The notes beneath the pieces are model-generated. The model saw nothing but the letters and a program-made list of their open reading frames with translations, had not been told where the DNA came from and made no database searches. DNA of 64,000 nt, taken from Actinomycetota bacterium (GTDB lineage Bacteria; Actinomycetota; Actinomycetes; Mycobacteriales; SCTD01). The stretch spans positions 111-64,110 of the forward strand of contig JAHWJP010000003.1 in NCBI GenBank assembly GCA_019348355.1. Reading direction: 5' to 3'. The stretch's first letter is position 1. Every line of letters begins with the position of its first letter. Shown here piece after piece: positions 1 to 8,200 of the stretch. The position numbers were made by a program, and so were the translations under genes.

Positions 1-515
1 CCGAGCATCGACCAGCCGACGTACAGCACCGTGAGCACCGTGCGCAGGGTGGCAGAAGTCGTGGACAGCTCGGTGCCGGAGACGCTGGGCAGTGGCGCGC
101 TGCCGAACAGCTGCGTGCCGACGACGTACGCCACTGCCGCAACGAGCACGACGGCCAGCATCGTGTAGGCGCCCACCGAGATCATCTTCGCGACGAGCAG
201 CCGGGTGCGGCCGACCGGCCGGATCAGCAGGTAGCGCAGGGTCCCGTCCTGCGCGTCGCCCGCGACGGCATCCCCGGCGACGACCGCCACCGCGATCGGC
301 AGGAACAGCGGCAGCACGATCGCGAGCGCCGCCGCCGGGAACAGCGCGCCGTTGTCGAGGACCGCCGACAGGAACGCCGGGCCGGTCCCCGGCCGGGGCG
401 CGATGTCCCGGATCGCGAGAAACATGGCGACGATGGTGGGCAGCAGCGCCAGCAGAGCGATGCTCATCCACGTGCGCGGGCGGCGGACGAGCTTGCGCAG
501 CTCGACCCCGATCAC
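1..515 (-). CDS. ABC-2 type transporter permease, partial (C-terminus lies beyond the window start)
   Basis: Hand translation of the minus strand from GTG 515-513 (GTGA overlap with the ATPase stop) gives VIGVELRKLVRRPRTWMSIALLALLPTIVAMFLAIRD... This is hydrophobic and typical of an ABC-2 permease N-terminus. It is absent from the ORF track because there is no stop inside the window. Confidence 0.6.
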   Translation of the reverse strand, partial: MIGVELRKLVRRPRTWMSIALLALLPTIVAMFLAIRDIAPRPGTGPAFLSAVLDNGALFPAAALAIVLPLFLPIAVAVVAGDAVAGDAQDGTLRYLLIRPVGRTRLLVAKMISVGAYTMLAVVLVAAVAYVVGTQLFGSAPLPSVSGTELSTTSATLRTVLTVLYVGWSML

Positions 516-1432
516 GCGGCGGGCTCCGCGGGGACGGCGGCCACCCGGTCCGAGCCCGCGCCGGTGGCGGACAGGACGGCGGCCTCCAGCGTGCGGCGCT
601 GCGCGTGCAGCGCCGTGACCGGGATGCCGGCTCCGACGAGCTCGGCGTTGAGCGCTGCCGGGTCGTCATGGCGTACGAGCAGGAGCCCGTCGGGGAGCAG
701 GTCGTCCACGCGCTCGCCGAGCAGGGTGGCGGCCCGGTGCGCGAACGGCGTGCGCACCTCGACCAGGCCGGTCAGCGCCTGGAAGGCCGACAGGTCGTCC
801 TGCAGCACCAGCCGGCCGCGGTCGACGACAGCGATGCGGGTGCACAGCGCCTCGACCTCGGACAGCAGGTGGCTGGACAGGAAGACCGTCGTGCCCTCCC
901 GGTTGAGCTGCAGCAGCAGGTCGCGGACCTCGCGGATGCCCTGCGGGTCCAGGCCGTTGGTCGGCTCGTCCAGCACCAGCAGCCGCGGCCGCCGCAGCAG
1001 CGCCGACGCGAGGCCGAGCCGCTGGCGCATCCCGAGGCTGTAGGCCTTGACCGGCCGCCGGTCCACCCCGGCGAGCCCGACCTGCTCGAGCACGTCCTCG
1101 ACCCGCCGGCCGCGGGTGGCCCGGGCGCCCCCGGGTCCGGCGGCATCGGACAACCGCAGGTTGTCGCGTCCCGACAGGTGGGCGCTGAAGGCCGGGCCCT
1201 CGACGAGGGCGCCGACCTCGACCAGGGCGTCCCGCCGGAAGCGCGCCCCGAACAGCTCGACCGACCCGGAGGTCGGCAGCACGAGCCCGAGCAGCATGCG
1301 TACCGTCGTCGTCTTGCCCGAGCCGTTGGGCCCGAGAAAGCCGTAGCGGTCACCCTCGCGGACGTGCAGGTGCAGGTCCTCGACGGCGGTCACCCGGCCG
1401 TACCGCTTGGTGAGGGCGGTGGTGCGGATCAC
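512..1432 (-). CDS. ABC transporter ATP-binding protein
   Basis: Walker A GPNGSGKTT, signature-like YSLGMRQRLGLA and Walker B LLVLDEPTNGLD. Start and stop overlap both neighbouring genes. Confidence 0.9.
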   Translation of the reverse strand: MIRTTALTKRYGRVTAVEDLHLHVREGDRYGFLGPNGSGKTTTVRMLLGLVLPTSGSVELFGARFRRDALVEVGALVEGPAFSAHLSGRDNLRLSDAAGPGGARATRGRRVEDVLEQVGLAGVDRRPVKAYSLGMRQRLGLASALLRRPRLLVLDEPTNGLDPQGIREVRDLLLQLNREGTTVFLSSHLLSEVEALCTRIAVVDRGRLVLQDDLSAFQALTGLVEVRTPFAHRAATLLGERVDDLLPDGLLLVRHDDPAALNAELVGAGIPVTALHAQRRTLEAAVLSATGAGSDRVAAVPAEPAA

Positions 1433-2529
1433 CGTCCGCCGCCGGGCGGCGGGTCCGCCCGCAGCTGCGCGAGCGCCGTCTTCAGCAGCTCCGGCGGGAC
1501 GGTCCCGGCCAGCAGGTAGGCATCCCCCGGCTCGTCATGGGAGACCAGCGCGTTGACCAGCGGCGTCGAGATGTCCGCCTCTGTCCCGTCGCCGCCCGGG
1601 GCGACGCGGCGGATGATGTCGCTTGCGAGGTCGTGCGGCAGCGGGACCAGCGCGACCGCGGTGAACCCATCGCCGTAGGTGCCGACGCCGCCGCCGACAG
1701 AAAGCGCGCTGCGCGGCCGGCGGGGCAGCGCGGCCAGCTCGTCCGGCAGGAGGTACGGCGCGAAGCGGTCGGCGAGCGCGGCGAGGTCCGGCGCGTCCAC
1801 CGTCGTGACCGAGGCGCCGCGGGTCGGCCGGAAGGTGGTGCGCTCGGCGGCCGGCATGGCGAGCTCCAGGTCGAGCAGGCTGGTCTGCAGCACGCTGTCG
1901 GTCGCACCGGCGGCCCGGACCTCGACGCGCAGCGGCAGGCCGGTCTCCGGCTCCACCCACATCTCGACCGAGCCGATCGTCGTCGCCTCCGGCTGCGCCG
2001 GCGTCAGTCGCAGGCCGGGGGCGGAACGCCCGGCGATCCGTCGAGCGGGCAGCCGGGTGACAGTGACGTCCGCGGTCCGGGAGAGCCGTTGGCCCAGCGT
2101 CGGGGCAAGCAGGTCGGCGGCGCGCGGCAGGCGTACGTCCAGCTCGCCGGAGATCCGGGTCGCCCGCTGGTCCGCCGACTGCCAGGTCCAGCCGCCGCGG
2201 GCGTCCCTCGTCGTGTCGGTCTCGCCGACCAGCGACAGCGCGTCGACCCGCCAGTCCTGCGGACCGCGCCACCAGGCGCGCGCGCGGGTGGTCCCGCCGA
2301 CCAGCGAGGGCAGGTCGGCGAGCTCGCTCACATCGGGCAGCACCAGGGAGCCGCGGCTCTCGCCGTAGCCGGACCAGCCCACGGTGTCGGAGGCGCGGAC
2401 CCGTTCGAGCAGCTCGTCGGCGCCGATCTCGACCGGCTCGACGGGACGGGCACCGGCGAGGGAAGGCAACGCGGCCAGCAGGCCCCCAAGAACGGCGACG
2501 ACCGCCCATCGCCACGTCAGCCCCGCCAC
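1429..2529 (-). CDS. Secreted LolA/RseB-like protein preceding the ABC-2 transporter
   Basis: N-terminal signal-like segment WAVVAVLGGLLAALPSLAGA and a 4-nt overlap with the ATPase start. The family call comes from recollection of LolA-like proteins upstream of ABC-2 pairs in actinomycetes and is unverified. Confidence 0.55.
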   Translation of the reverse strand: MAGLTWRWAVVAVLGGLLAALPSLAGARPVEPVEIGADELLERVRASDTVGWSGYGESRGSLVLPDVSELADLPSLVGGTTRARAWWRGPQDWRVDALSLVGETDTTRDARGGWTWQSADQRATRISGELDVRLPRAADLLAPTLGQRLSRTADVTVTRLPARRIAGRSAPGLRLTPAQPEATTIGSVEMWVEPETGLPLRVEVRAAGATDSVLQTSLLDLELAMPAAERTTFRPTRGASVTTVDAPDLAALADRFAPYLLPDELAALPRRPRSALSVGGGVGTYGDGFTAVALVPLPHDLASDIIRRVAPGGDGTEADISTPLVNALVSHDEPGDAYLLAGTVPPELLKTALAQLRADPPPGGGR

Positions 2530-2567
2530 TCCGGCAACTCTAGGCGAGGGGCGCCAACCCGGCCCAG

Positions 2568-2585
2568 GATGAGACTTCTCTCATC
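2568..2585. promoter_or_regulatory. Short inverted repeat GATGAGA-cttc-TCTCATC in a divergent promoter region
   Basis: 7-bp arms and a 4-nt spacer. It lies in the lower-GC 190-bp gap between the divergent genes ending at 2529 and starting at 2721. Confidence 0.25.
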
Positions 2586-2720
2586 GCTACGCCGCCAGAG
2601 GGGTGAATGAGCAGACTCTCAGGTGACTTCACTACAGGGCAGGGCACAGGTGAACGACAAGTGACAGTCCGCTGAATTCTGCCCCCTGAGCTGCAACCCC
2701 TGAACCGGTCGGAGACAGCC

Positions 2721-3977
2721 GTGCGCGCCATCCTCTACTCCCACGACGGCCTCGGCCTGGGTCATGTCCGGCGCAACCTGGCCATCGCGGACGCGCTCAC
2801 GCAGGCGGACCCGGCGGCCTCCGTCCTGCTGGTCTGCAGCACCGACCAGATCGACAGCCTCGTCATCCCGGCGCGGGTCGACGTCCTCAAGCTCCCCGGC
2901 GTCCGCAAGACAGCTGACGCGAGCTACGCGGCCAAGCGGCTGCCGATGACCGAGGCGCAGACATGGTCGATGCGGTCCGGCCTGATCGCGTCGGCGACGA
3001 GGTCCTTCGCCCCGGACGTCCTGCTGTCCGACAAGCACCCGCACGGTGCGCACGGCGAGCTGCGGGAGGCGCTCGGCGCGCTGCACGCCTGCGGTGGCCG
3101 TGCGGTCCTGGGGCTGCGCGACATCCTCGACGACCCGGCCACCGTGCGGGCCGAATGGCAGCGCGGACGGGTGCTCGCCGCCATCGCGAACGACTACGAC
3201 CGGATCCTCGTCTACGGCAGCCCGGACGTGCTGCACCCCGGCCGGGAGTACGACATGCCCCCGCCGGTCGCCGATCTGATCCGGTTCTGCGGCTACGTCG
3301 CCAACACCCCGCCGGCCGACGACCGCACCGCGCTGCGCTCCGACACCGACGGCCGGCCGACGGTCGTCGCGACGGCCGGTGGCGGAGCCGACGGCGCCGC
3401 GCTGCTGGCCGACTTCGTCCGTGCGTCCCGTACGGCCCCCTGGCATCCGGTCGTCGTCAGCGGCCCGGACGCCCCGCCCGGCGAGCAGGAGGCGCTGCGC
3501 CGACATGTGCAGGCGATCGGCGGCACCTACCACCGCTTTGTCCGCAACCTCCCGCTGCACTTCGACGACATCGCCGCGCTGGTCTGCATGGGCGGCTACA
3601 ACACGACGATCGAGGCATTGACCTCGGCCGTGCCGACCGTGCTCGTGCCGCGGGTCGCGCCCCGGCAGGAGCAGCTGATCCGGGCCCGGGCCTTCGCCGC
3701 CCTCGGCCTCGTGCGGGTCGTCGAACCCGACCGGCTCGGCGGACCCGCACTGCGCAACGAGATCTGCGTCGCGCTGGCAGACTCGCGCAGCCGCATCCGG
3801 CGCGCCGTCGCCTGCCACCTGGACCTCGACGGGGCCCGCCGGGCCGCGGTCCACCTGCTGGCGCTGGCGGACCGGCCGGTCGAGGGCTCCCCCGGCGTGT
3901 CCGATGCTCCACCGCCGACGATCCCGCTGCGCGGCAAGGCCTTCGCCGCGTTGGAGCCGATCAATGTTGCCGTCTGA
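2721..3977 (+). CDS. GT-B fold glycosyltransferase (COG4671 / GT28-like)
   Basis: N-terminus MRAILYSHDGLGLGHVRRNLAIA (Gly-rich loop). The C-terminal half has CMGGYNTTIEAL, resembling the MurG/UDP-glycosyltransferase donor-binding region. GTG start. Confidence 0.75.
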   Translation: MRAILYSHDGLGLGHVRRNLAIADALTQADPAASVLLVCSTDQIDSLVIPARVDVLKLPGVRKTADASYAAKRLPMTEAQTWSMRSGLIASATRSFAPDVLLSDKHPHGAHGELREALGALHACGGRAVLGLRDILDDPATVRAEWQRGRVLAAIANDYDRILVYGSPDVLHPGREYDMPPPVADLIRFCGYVANTPPADDRTALRSDTDGRPTVVATAGGGADGAALLADFVRASRTAPWHPVVVSGPDAPPGEQEALRRHVQAIGGTYHRFVRNLPLHFDDIAALVCMGGYNTTIEALTSAVPTVLVPRVAPRQEQLIRARAFAALGLVRVVEPDRLGGPALRNEICVALADSRSRIRRAVACHLDLDGARRAAVHLLALADRPVEGSPGVSDAPPPTIPLRGKAFAALEPINVAV

Positions 3978-5217
3978 CCACCACCCGGTCGATCGGCCGG
4001 AGAAGATCGGCTACGTCCTGAAGATGTACCCCCGCTTCTCCGAGACGTTCATCGTCAACGAGGTGCTCGCGCTCGAAGCCGCCGGAGCGGCCCTGCAGAT
4101 CGTGTCGCTGCGCACGCCGACAGACGGCCGCTTCCACGAGTCACTGGCCGAGGTCCGGGCTCCGGTCACCTACCTGCGGCACTCCGGCCTGCGGGCGGCC
4201 GACGTGTGGCTGACGCTGTCCGCGGCGCAGGCCGAGCTGCCGGCCCTGCCGGGCTGCCTGGGAGAACTGCTCGCCGTACCCGTCGTGGACGCGGTTCAGG
4301 CGCTGGAGCTTGCCCGGCTCGTCCGGGCCGAGGGGCTCACCCACCTGCATGCGCACTTCGGCTCGGTGGCGACCACGGTGGCCCGCCTCGCCTCGCTGCT
4401 GACCGGCGTGCCGTACACCTTCACCGCCCACGCGAAGGACATCTTCCACGAGTCGGTGGAGCCGGCGGACCTGGCGCGCAAGCTCGCCGGCGCCGCAGCG
4501 GTCGTGACCGTCAGCGACTACAACCTGGAGTTCCTCCGGACGACGTACGGAACTGCCGCCGACTCGGTCACGCGGGTCTACAACGGGCTGGACCTGCCAC
4601 GCTTCCCCTACAGCTCGCCGGAGCGGCGACCACCCGTCGTCGCCGCGGTCGGTCGCCTGGTGGAGAAGAAGGGCTTCGGCGACCTCATCGAGGCGGTGGC
4701 GCTGCTGGTCGGCGATGGACGGCGGCTGCAGGTCGACCTGGTCGGCACTGGTCCCCTCGAAGGTGAGCTGTGCGCGCACCTTCGCGCCCGTGGCCTGACT
4801 GACGTCGTACGGATGCACGGCGCGCTGCCGCAGGGACAGGTCCGGCGGATCGTCTCGCAGGCAGCGGTGTTTGCAGCACCCTGTGTCATCGGGCAGGACG
4901 GCAACCGGGACGGCCTGCCCACGGTGCTGCTGGAGGCGATGGCGCTCGGCACGCCGTGCGTCGCGACGCCCGTCACCGGCATCCCCGAGGTGGTGCAGGA
5001 GGGGCGAACCGGGCTGCTCGTCCCGGAGTCCGACCCGGTCCGCCTCGCCGCCGCGCTGGGCCGGCTGCTCGACGACGGCGAGCTGCGCACCCGGCTGGCC
5101 GTTCAGGCCCGCACTCTCATGGAGGCGGAGTTCGACGGGCACCGGCAGGCTCGCGCGCTGCGCCAGATCTTCGCCGGGCAGACCACCGCCCGCGACCTCG
5201 TCGGAGCGTCGCGATGA
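3964..5217 (+). CDS. Glycosyltransferase family 4
   Basis: Track ORF 3904-5217 trimmed to ATG 3964 (MLPSDHHPVDRPEKIGYVLKMYPRFSETF...). GT4-type C-terminal region GLPTVLLEAMALGTPCVATPVTGIPEVV. Confidence 0.8.
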   Translation: MLPSDHHPVDRPEKIGYVLKMYPRFSETFIVNEVLALEAAGAALQIVSLRTPTDGRFHESLAEVRAPVTYLRHSGLRAADVWLTLSAAQAELPALPGCLGELLAVPVVDAVQALELARLVRAEGLTHLHAHFGSVATTVARLASLLTGVPYTFTAHAKDIFHESVEPADLARKLAGAAAVVTVSDYNLEFLRTTYGTAADSVTRVYNGLDLPRFPYSSPERRPPVVAAVGRLVEKKGFGDLIEAVALLVGDGRRLQVDLVGTGPLEGELCAHLRARGLTDVVRMHGALPQGQVRRIVSQAAVFAAPCVIGQDGNRDGLPTVLLEAMALGTPCVATPVTGIPEVVQEGRTGLLVPESDPVRLAAALGRLLDDGELRTRLAVQARTLMEAEFDGHRQARALRQIFAGQTTARDLVGASR

Positions 5218-6410
5218 GAGTGGTCTACGTCTGCAGCGACCCCGGCATCCCCGTCTTCGGGCGCAAGGGCGCGTCGGTCCACGTGCAGTCGGTCCTGTGG
5301 GTCCTCGTGCAGCGGGGCGCCGAGGTGCACCTGGTCGCCGCACGGACGGGCGGGGCGGTGCCGCCCGGCCTCGAGTCGGTGCACTTGCACGAGCTGCCCG
5401 CCGTCCCCGCCGGTGCGGCGCCGGACCGCGAGCGCGCGGCGCAGCGCAGTGACGCCGCCGTGGCGCCGGTGCTGGCCGCCCTTGCCGCCGCAGCTCCGCT
5501 CGACCTGGTCTACGAGCGCTACTCGTTGTGGGGCCGGACCGCGACCGCGTGGGCGACAGCTCACAACGTGCCCAGCGTGCTCGAGGTCAACGCCCCGCTG
5601 GTGGACGAGCAGGCCAGCCACCGGGTGCTCGTCGACCGGACTGCCGCGGAGGCGGTCGCCGGTGCGGCCCTGTCAGCCGCGGACGTGGTCGTCTGCGTCA
5701 GCGAACCGGTCGCTACCTGGGCCCGGTCGCGGTCCCGGCGCCCCGAGCGGGTCGCGGTCGTGGCGAACGGCGTCGACACCGACCGGGTGCGGCCCGCCGA
5801 GCGCCCGGTCACGCCGGCGCACGCCGTGCCGTTCACGGTGGGCTTCGTCGGCACGCTCAAGCCGTGGCACGGCGTGGAGACGCTCCTCGATGCGCTGGTG
5901 CTGCTGCACCGCGCCGAACCCGGTGCCTACCGGTTGCTGCTCGTGGGCGACGGGCCGCAGGCCGCCGCGCTGCAGGCACGAGCCGAGGCGGCCGGCATCG
6001 CAGCACTGGTCGAGCGCACCGGCTCGGTCGACCCCGTCGAGATCGCCCCGCTGCTGCACCGCATGGACGTGGCCGTGGCGCCCTATCCCGAGACCGCCGG
6101 CTACTTCTCGCCGCTCAAGGTCTACGAGTACCTCGCCGCCGGGCTTCCGGTCGTGGCCAGCGAGGTGGGCCAGCTGCCCGAGCTGCTGGACCGCGGGCGG
6201 CTCGGGGTGCTCGTCGAACCGGGTCGGGCGGACGCTCTCGCCTCCGCGGTCGCGGACCTGCGCGCCGACGAGGCGAGGCGCCGATTCCTTCGGCGCGCCA
6301 CCCGCGAGGCGACGATGGACTGCCACGGGTGGGACCGGGTCGTCGACCGCATCCTGTCCCGGCTCCCGGCTCCGCACCACTCGATGACGGTCTGCCCGGT
6401 GGCGGTCTGA
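5214..6410 (+). CDS. Glycosyltransferase family 4
   Basis: Track ORF 4956-6410 trimmed to ATG 5214 (ATGA overlap). N-terminus MRVVYVCSDPGIPVFGRKGASVHV. C-terminal motif FSPLKVYEYLAAGLPVVASEVGQLPELL. Confidence 0.8.
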   Translation: MRVVYVCSDPGIPVFGRKGASVHVQSVLWVLVQRGAEVHLVAARTGGAVPPGLESVHLHELPAVPAGAAPDRERAAQRSDAAVAPVLAALAAAAPLDLVYERYSLWGRTATAWATAHNVPSVLEVNAPLVDEQASHRVLVDRTAAEAVAGAALSAADVVVCVSEPVATWARSRSRRPERVAVVANGVDTDRVRPAERPVTPAHAVPFTVGFVGTLKPWHGVETLLDALVLLHRAEPGAYRLLLVGDGPQAAALQARAEAAGIAALVERTGSVDPVEIAPLLHRMDVAVAPYPETAGYFSPLKVYEYLAAGLPVVASEVGQLPELLDRGRLGVLVEPGRADALASAVADLRADEARRRFLRRATREATMDCHGWDRVVDRILSRLPAPHHSMTVCPVAV

Positions 6411-8200
6411 TGGCCCGGCCGTCGACGCTGCGCGACGCGGCTCCCGGCCTGCGCCGCACCCTGACCCGCTTCCGCCCGCACCTGCGCGAGCAGCGCAAGC
6501 TGTTGATCCTTGGCTGCATCGCGCTGTTCGCCGAGGTGGCGCTGCGGTTGCTCGAGCCGTGGCCGCTGAAGTACGTGCTGGACGCTGTCATCGCCGCGGC
6601 CGGGGCGGACCTGCGCACCCCGCAGCCGGCGGAGCTGCGCACCGTGCTGATCGTGGCGACGGTCGCGCTGGTGGCCGTCGTGGTGCTGCGGGCGCTCGCG
6701 GCGTACCTCATGACGATCCTGTTCGCGCTCGCCGGGAACCGCGTGCTCACGAGGGTGCGGGCCGAGCTCTACGCGCACCTGCACACCCTGTCGATGGCCT
6801 ACCACGACAAGGCGCGCACCGGCGACCTGGTCACCCGCGTGACCGGCGACGTCGGCCGGTTGCAGGAGGTGACCGTGACCGCCGCACTCCCGCTGGCCGG
6901 CAACGTGGTGACGCTCGCCGGGATGCTCGTGGTGGTCGCGGTCCTCGACTGGCAGCTGGCCCTGCTCGTCCTGCTGGTCTTCCCGGTCTTCCTCGTGACC
7001 AGCGTGCGGCTGACCCGGCGGATCAGCACGGTGTCGCGCAGCCAGCGGCAGGCCGAGGGCGCGCTGGCCTCGCTCGCCACCGAGTCGCTCGGCTCCATGC
7101 AGGTGGTGCAGGCGTACTCCCTCGAGAACCAGATGCAGGAGAGCTTCGGCGGCAGCAACGCCAAGAGCCTGCGCGACGGGGTGAAGGCCAAGAAGCTGTC
7201 GGCCGGGCTCGAGCGCAAGACCGACGTCCTGGTCGGTCTCGCGACCGCCCTCGTGCTGTACGTCGGTGCGCTCCGGGTCCTCGCGGGCGAGCTCACGCCG
7301 GGCGAGCTCGTCGTCTTCCTGACCTACCTCAAGACCGCCTTCAAGCCGATGCGCGACCTCGCGAAGTACACCGGCCGCATCGCCAAGGCCGCCGCCTCCG
7401 GCGAGCGCATCGTCGACATCCTCGACACCCGCCCCGACATCGAGGACCGCAGCTGGGCCCGCCCGGCCGACAGCTTTCGCGGCGACGTCCGCTTCGAGGG
7501 CGTGCGCCTGTCCTACGAGCCGGGGCACCCGGTCCTTTCGGGGCTGGACCTGTGGGTCCCGGCCGGCGAGCGGATCGCGGTGGTGGGCGCATCCGGCGCC
7601 GGGAAGTCGACGCTCGTGTCGCTGCTGACCCGCCTGCGCGACCCGGACGACGGGCGGGTGCTCGTCGACGGTCACGACCTGCGCGACCTCACGGTCGAGT
7701 CGGTGCGCCGCCAGGTCGCGATCGTCCTGCAGGAGAGCGTGCTGTTCGCCGGCACGGTGCGCGACAACATCGCCTTCGGCCGGCCGAACGCGACCTCGGA
7801 GCAGATCGAGGCAGCGGCCCGGCTGGCCGATGCGCACGAGTTCGTGCTCGCCCTGCCCGAGGGGTACGACACCGTGATCGGCGAGCGCGGCTCCACCCTG
7901 TCCGGCGGCCAGCGGCAGCGCATCGCCATCGCCCGGGCGGCCATCCGTGACGCCGCGATCGTCGTGCTCGACGAGGCGCTGACCGGGCTCGACGAGGACA
8001 CCGAGCGTGAGGTCGTGCAGGCGCTGGCCCGGCTCACCGAAGGCCGGACGACCTTCGTCATCACGCACGACCTCGAGGCGGCCGCCGGAACGGACCGCAT
8101 CGTCTTCCTGCAGGACGGCGTCGTCGTCGACGACATCCGACCGCCCGCGAACCGCAAGACCCGGACATCGAAGGAGGCGTTCGGTGCTGTCCCCCGCTGA
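6410..8200 (+). CDS. ABC exporter, fused transmembrane + ATPase domains (MsbA/NdvA-like half transporter)
   Basis: Track ORF 5528-8200 trimmed to ATG 6410 (TGATG junction). Hydrophobic N-terminal half, then Walker A GASGAGKST, signature LSGGQRQRIAIARA and Walker B IVVLDEALTGLD. Confidence 0.9.
   Translation: MARPSTLRDAAPGLRRTLTRFRPHLREQRKLLILGCIALFAEVALRLLEPWPLKYVLDAVIAAAGADLRTPQPAELRTVLIVATVALVAVVVLRALAAYLMTILFALAGNRVLTRVRAELYAHLHTLSMAYHDKARTGDLVTRVTGDVGRLQEVTVTAALPLAGNVVTLAGMLVVVAVLDWQLALLVLLVFPVFLVTSVRLTRRISTVSRSQRQAEGALASLATESLGSMQVVQAYSLENQMQESFGGSNAKSLRDGVKAKKLSAGLERKTDVLVGLATALVLYVGALRVLAGELTPGELVVFLTYLKTAFKPMRDLAKYTGRIAKAAASGERIVDILDTRPDIEDRSWARPADSFRGDVRFEGVRLSYEPGHPVLSGLDLWVPAGERIAVVGASGAGKSTLVSLLTRLRDPDDGRVLVDGHDLRDLTVESVRRQVAIVLQESVLFAGTVRDNIAFGRPNATSEQIEAAARLADAHEFVLALPEGYDTVIGERGSTLSGGQRQRIAIARAAIRDAAIVVLDEALTGLDEDTEREVVQALARLTEGRTTFVITHDLEAAAGTDRIVFLQDGVVVDDIRPPANRKTRTSKEAFGAVPR

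Noticed and set aside
92-1519. Long ORFs antisense to or out of frame with the real genes. Examples: 92-1519 +, 2619-3854 -, 4141-5343 -, 6122-8068 -, 13293-15110 -, 25300-27117 +, 28100-30067 -, 40969-42843 -, 44952-46766 +, 55225-57372 +, 58988-60718 +, 61666-63066 -.
   Set aside because: Their translations are monotonous Arg/Pro/Gly/Ala strings without motifs. Each overlaps an ORF on another frame or strand that has clear family signatures. Stop-codon depletion in very GC-rich DNA produces such shadow ORFs.
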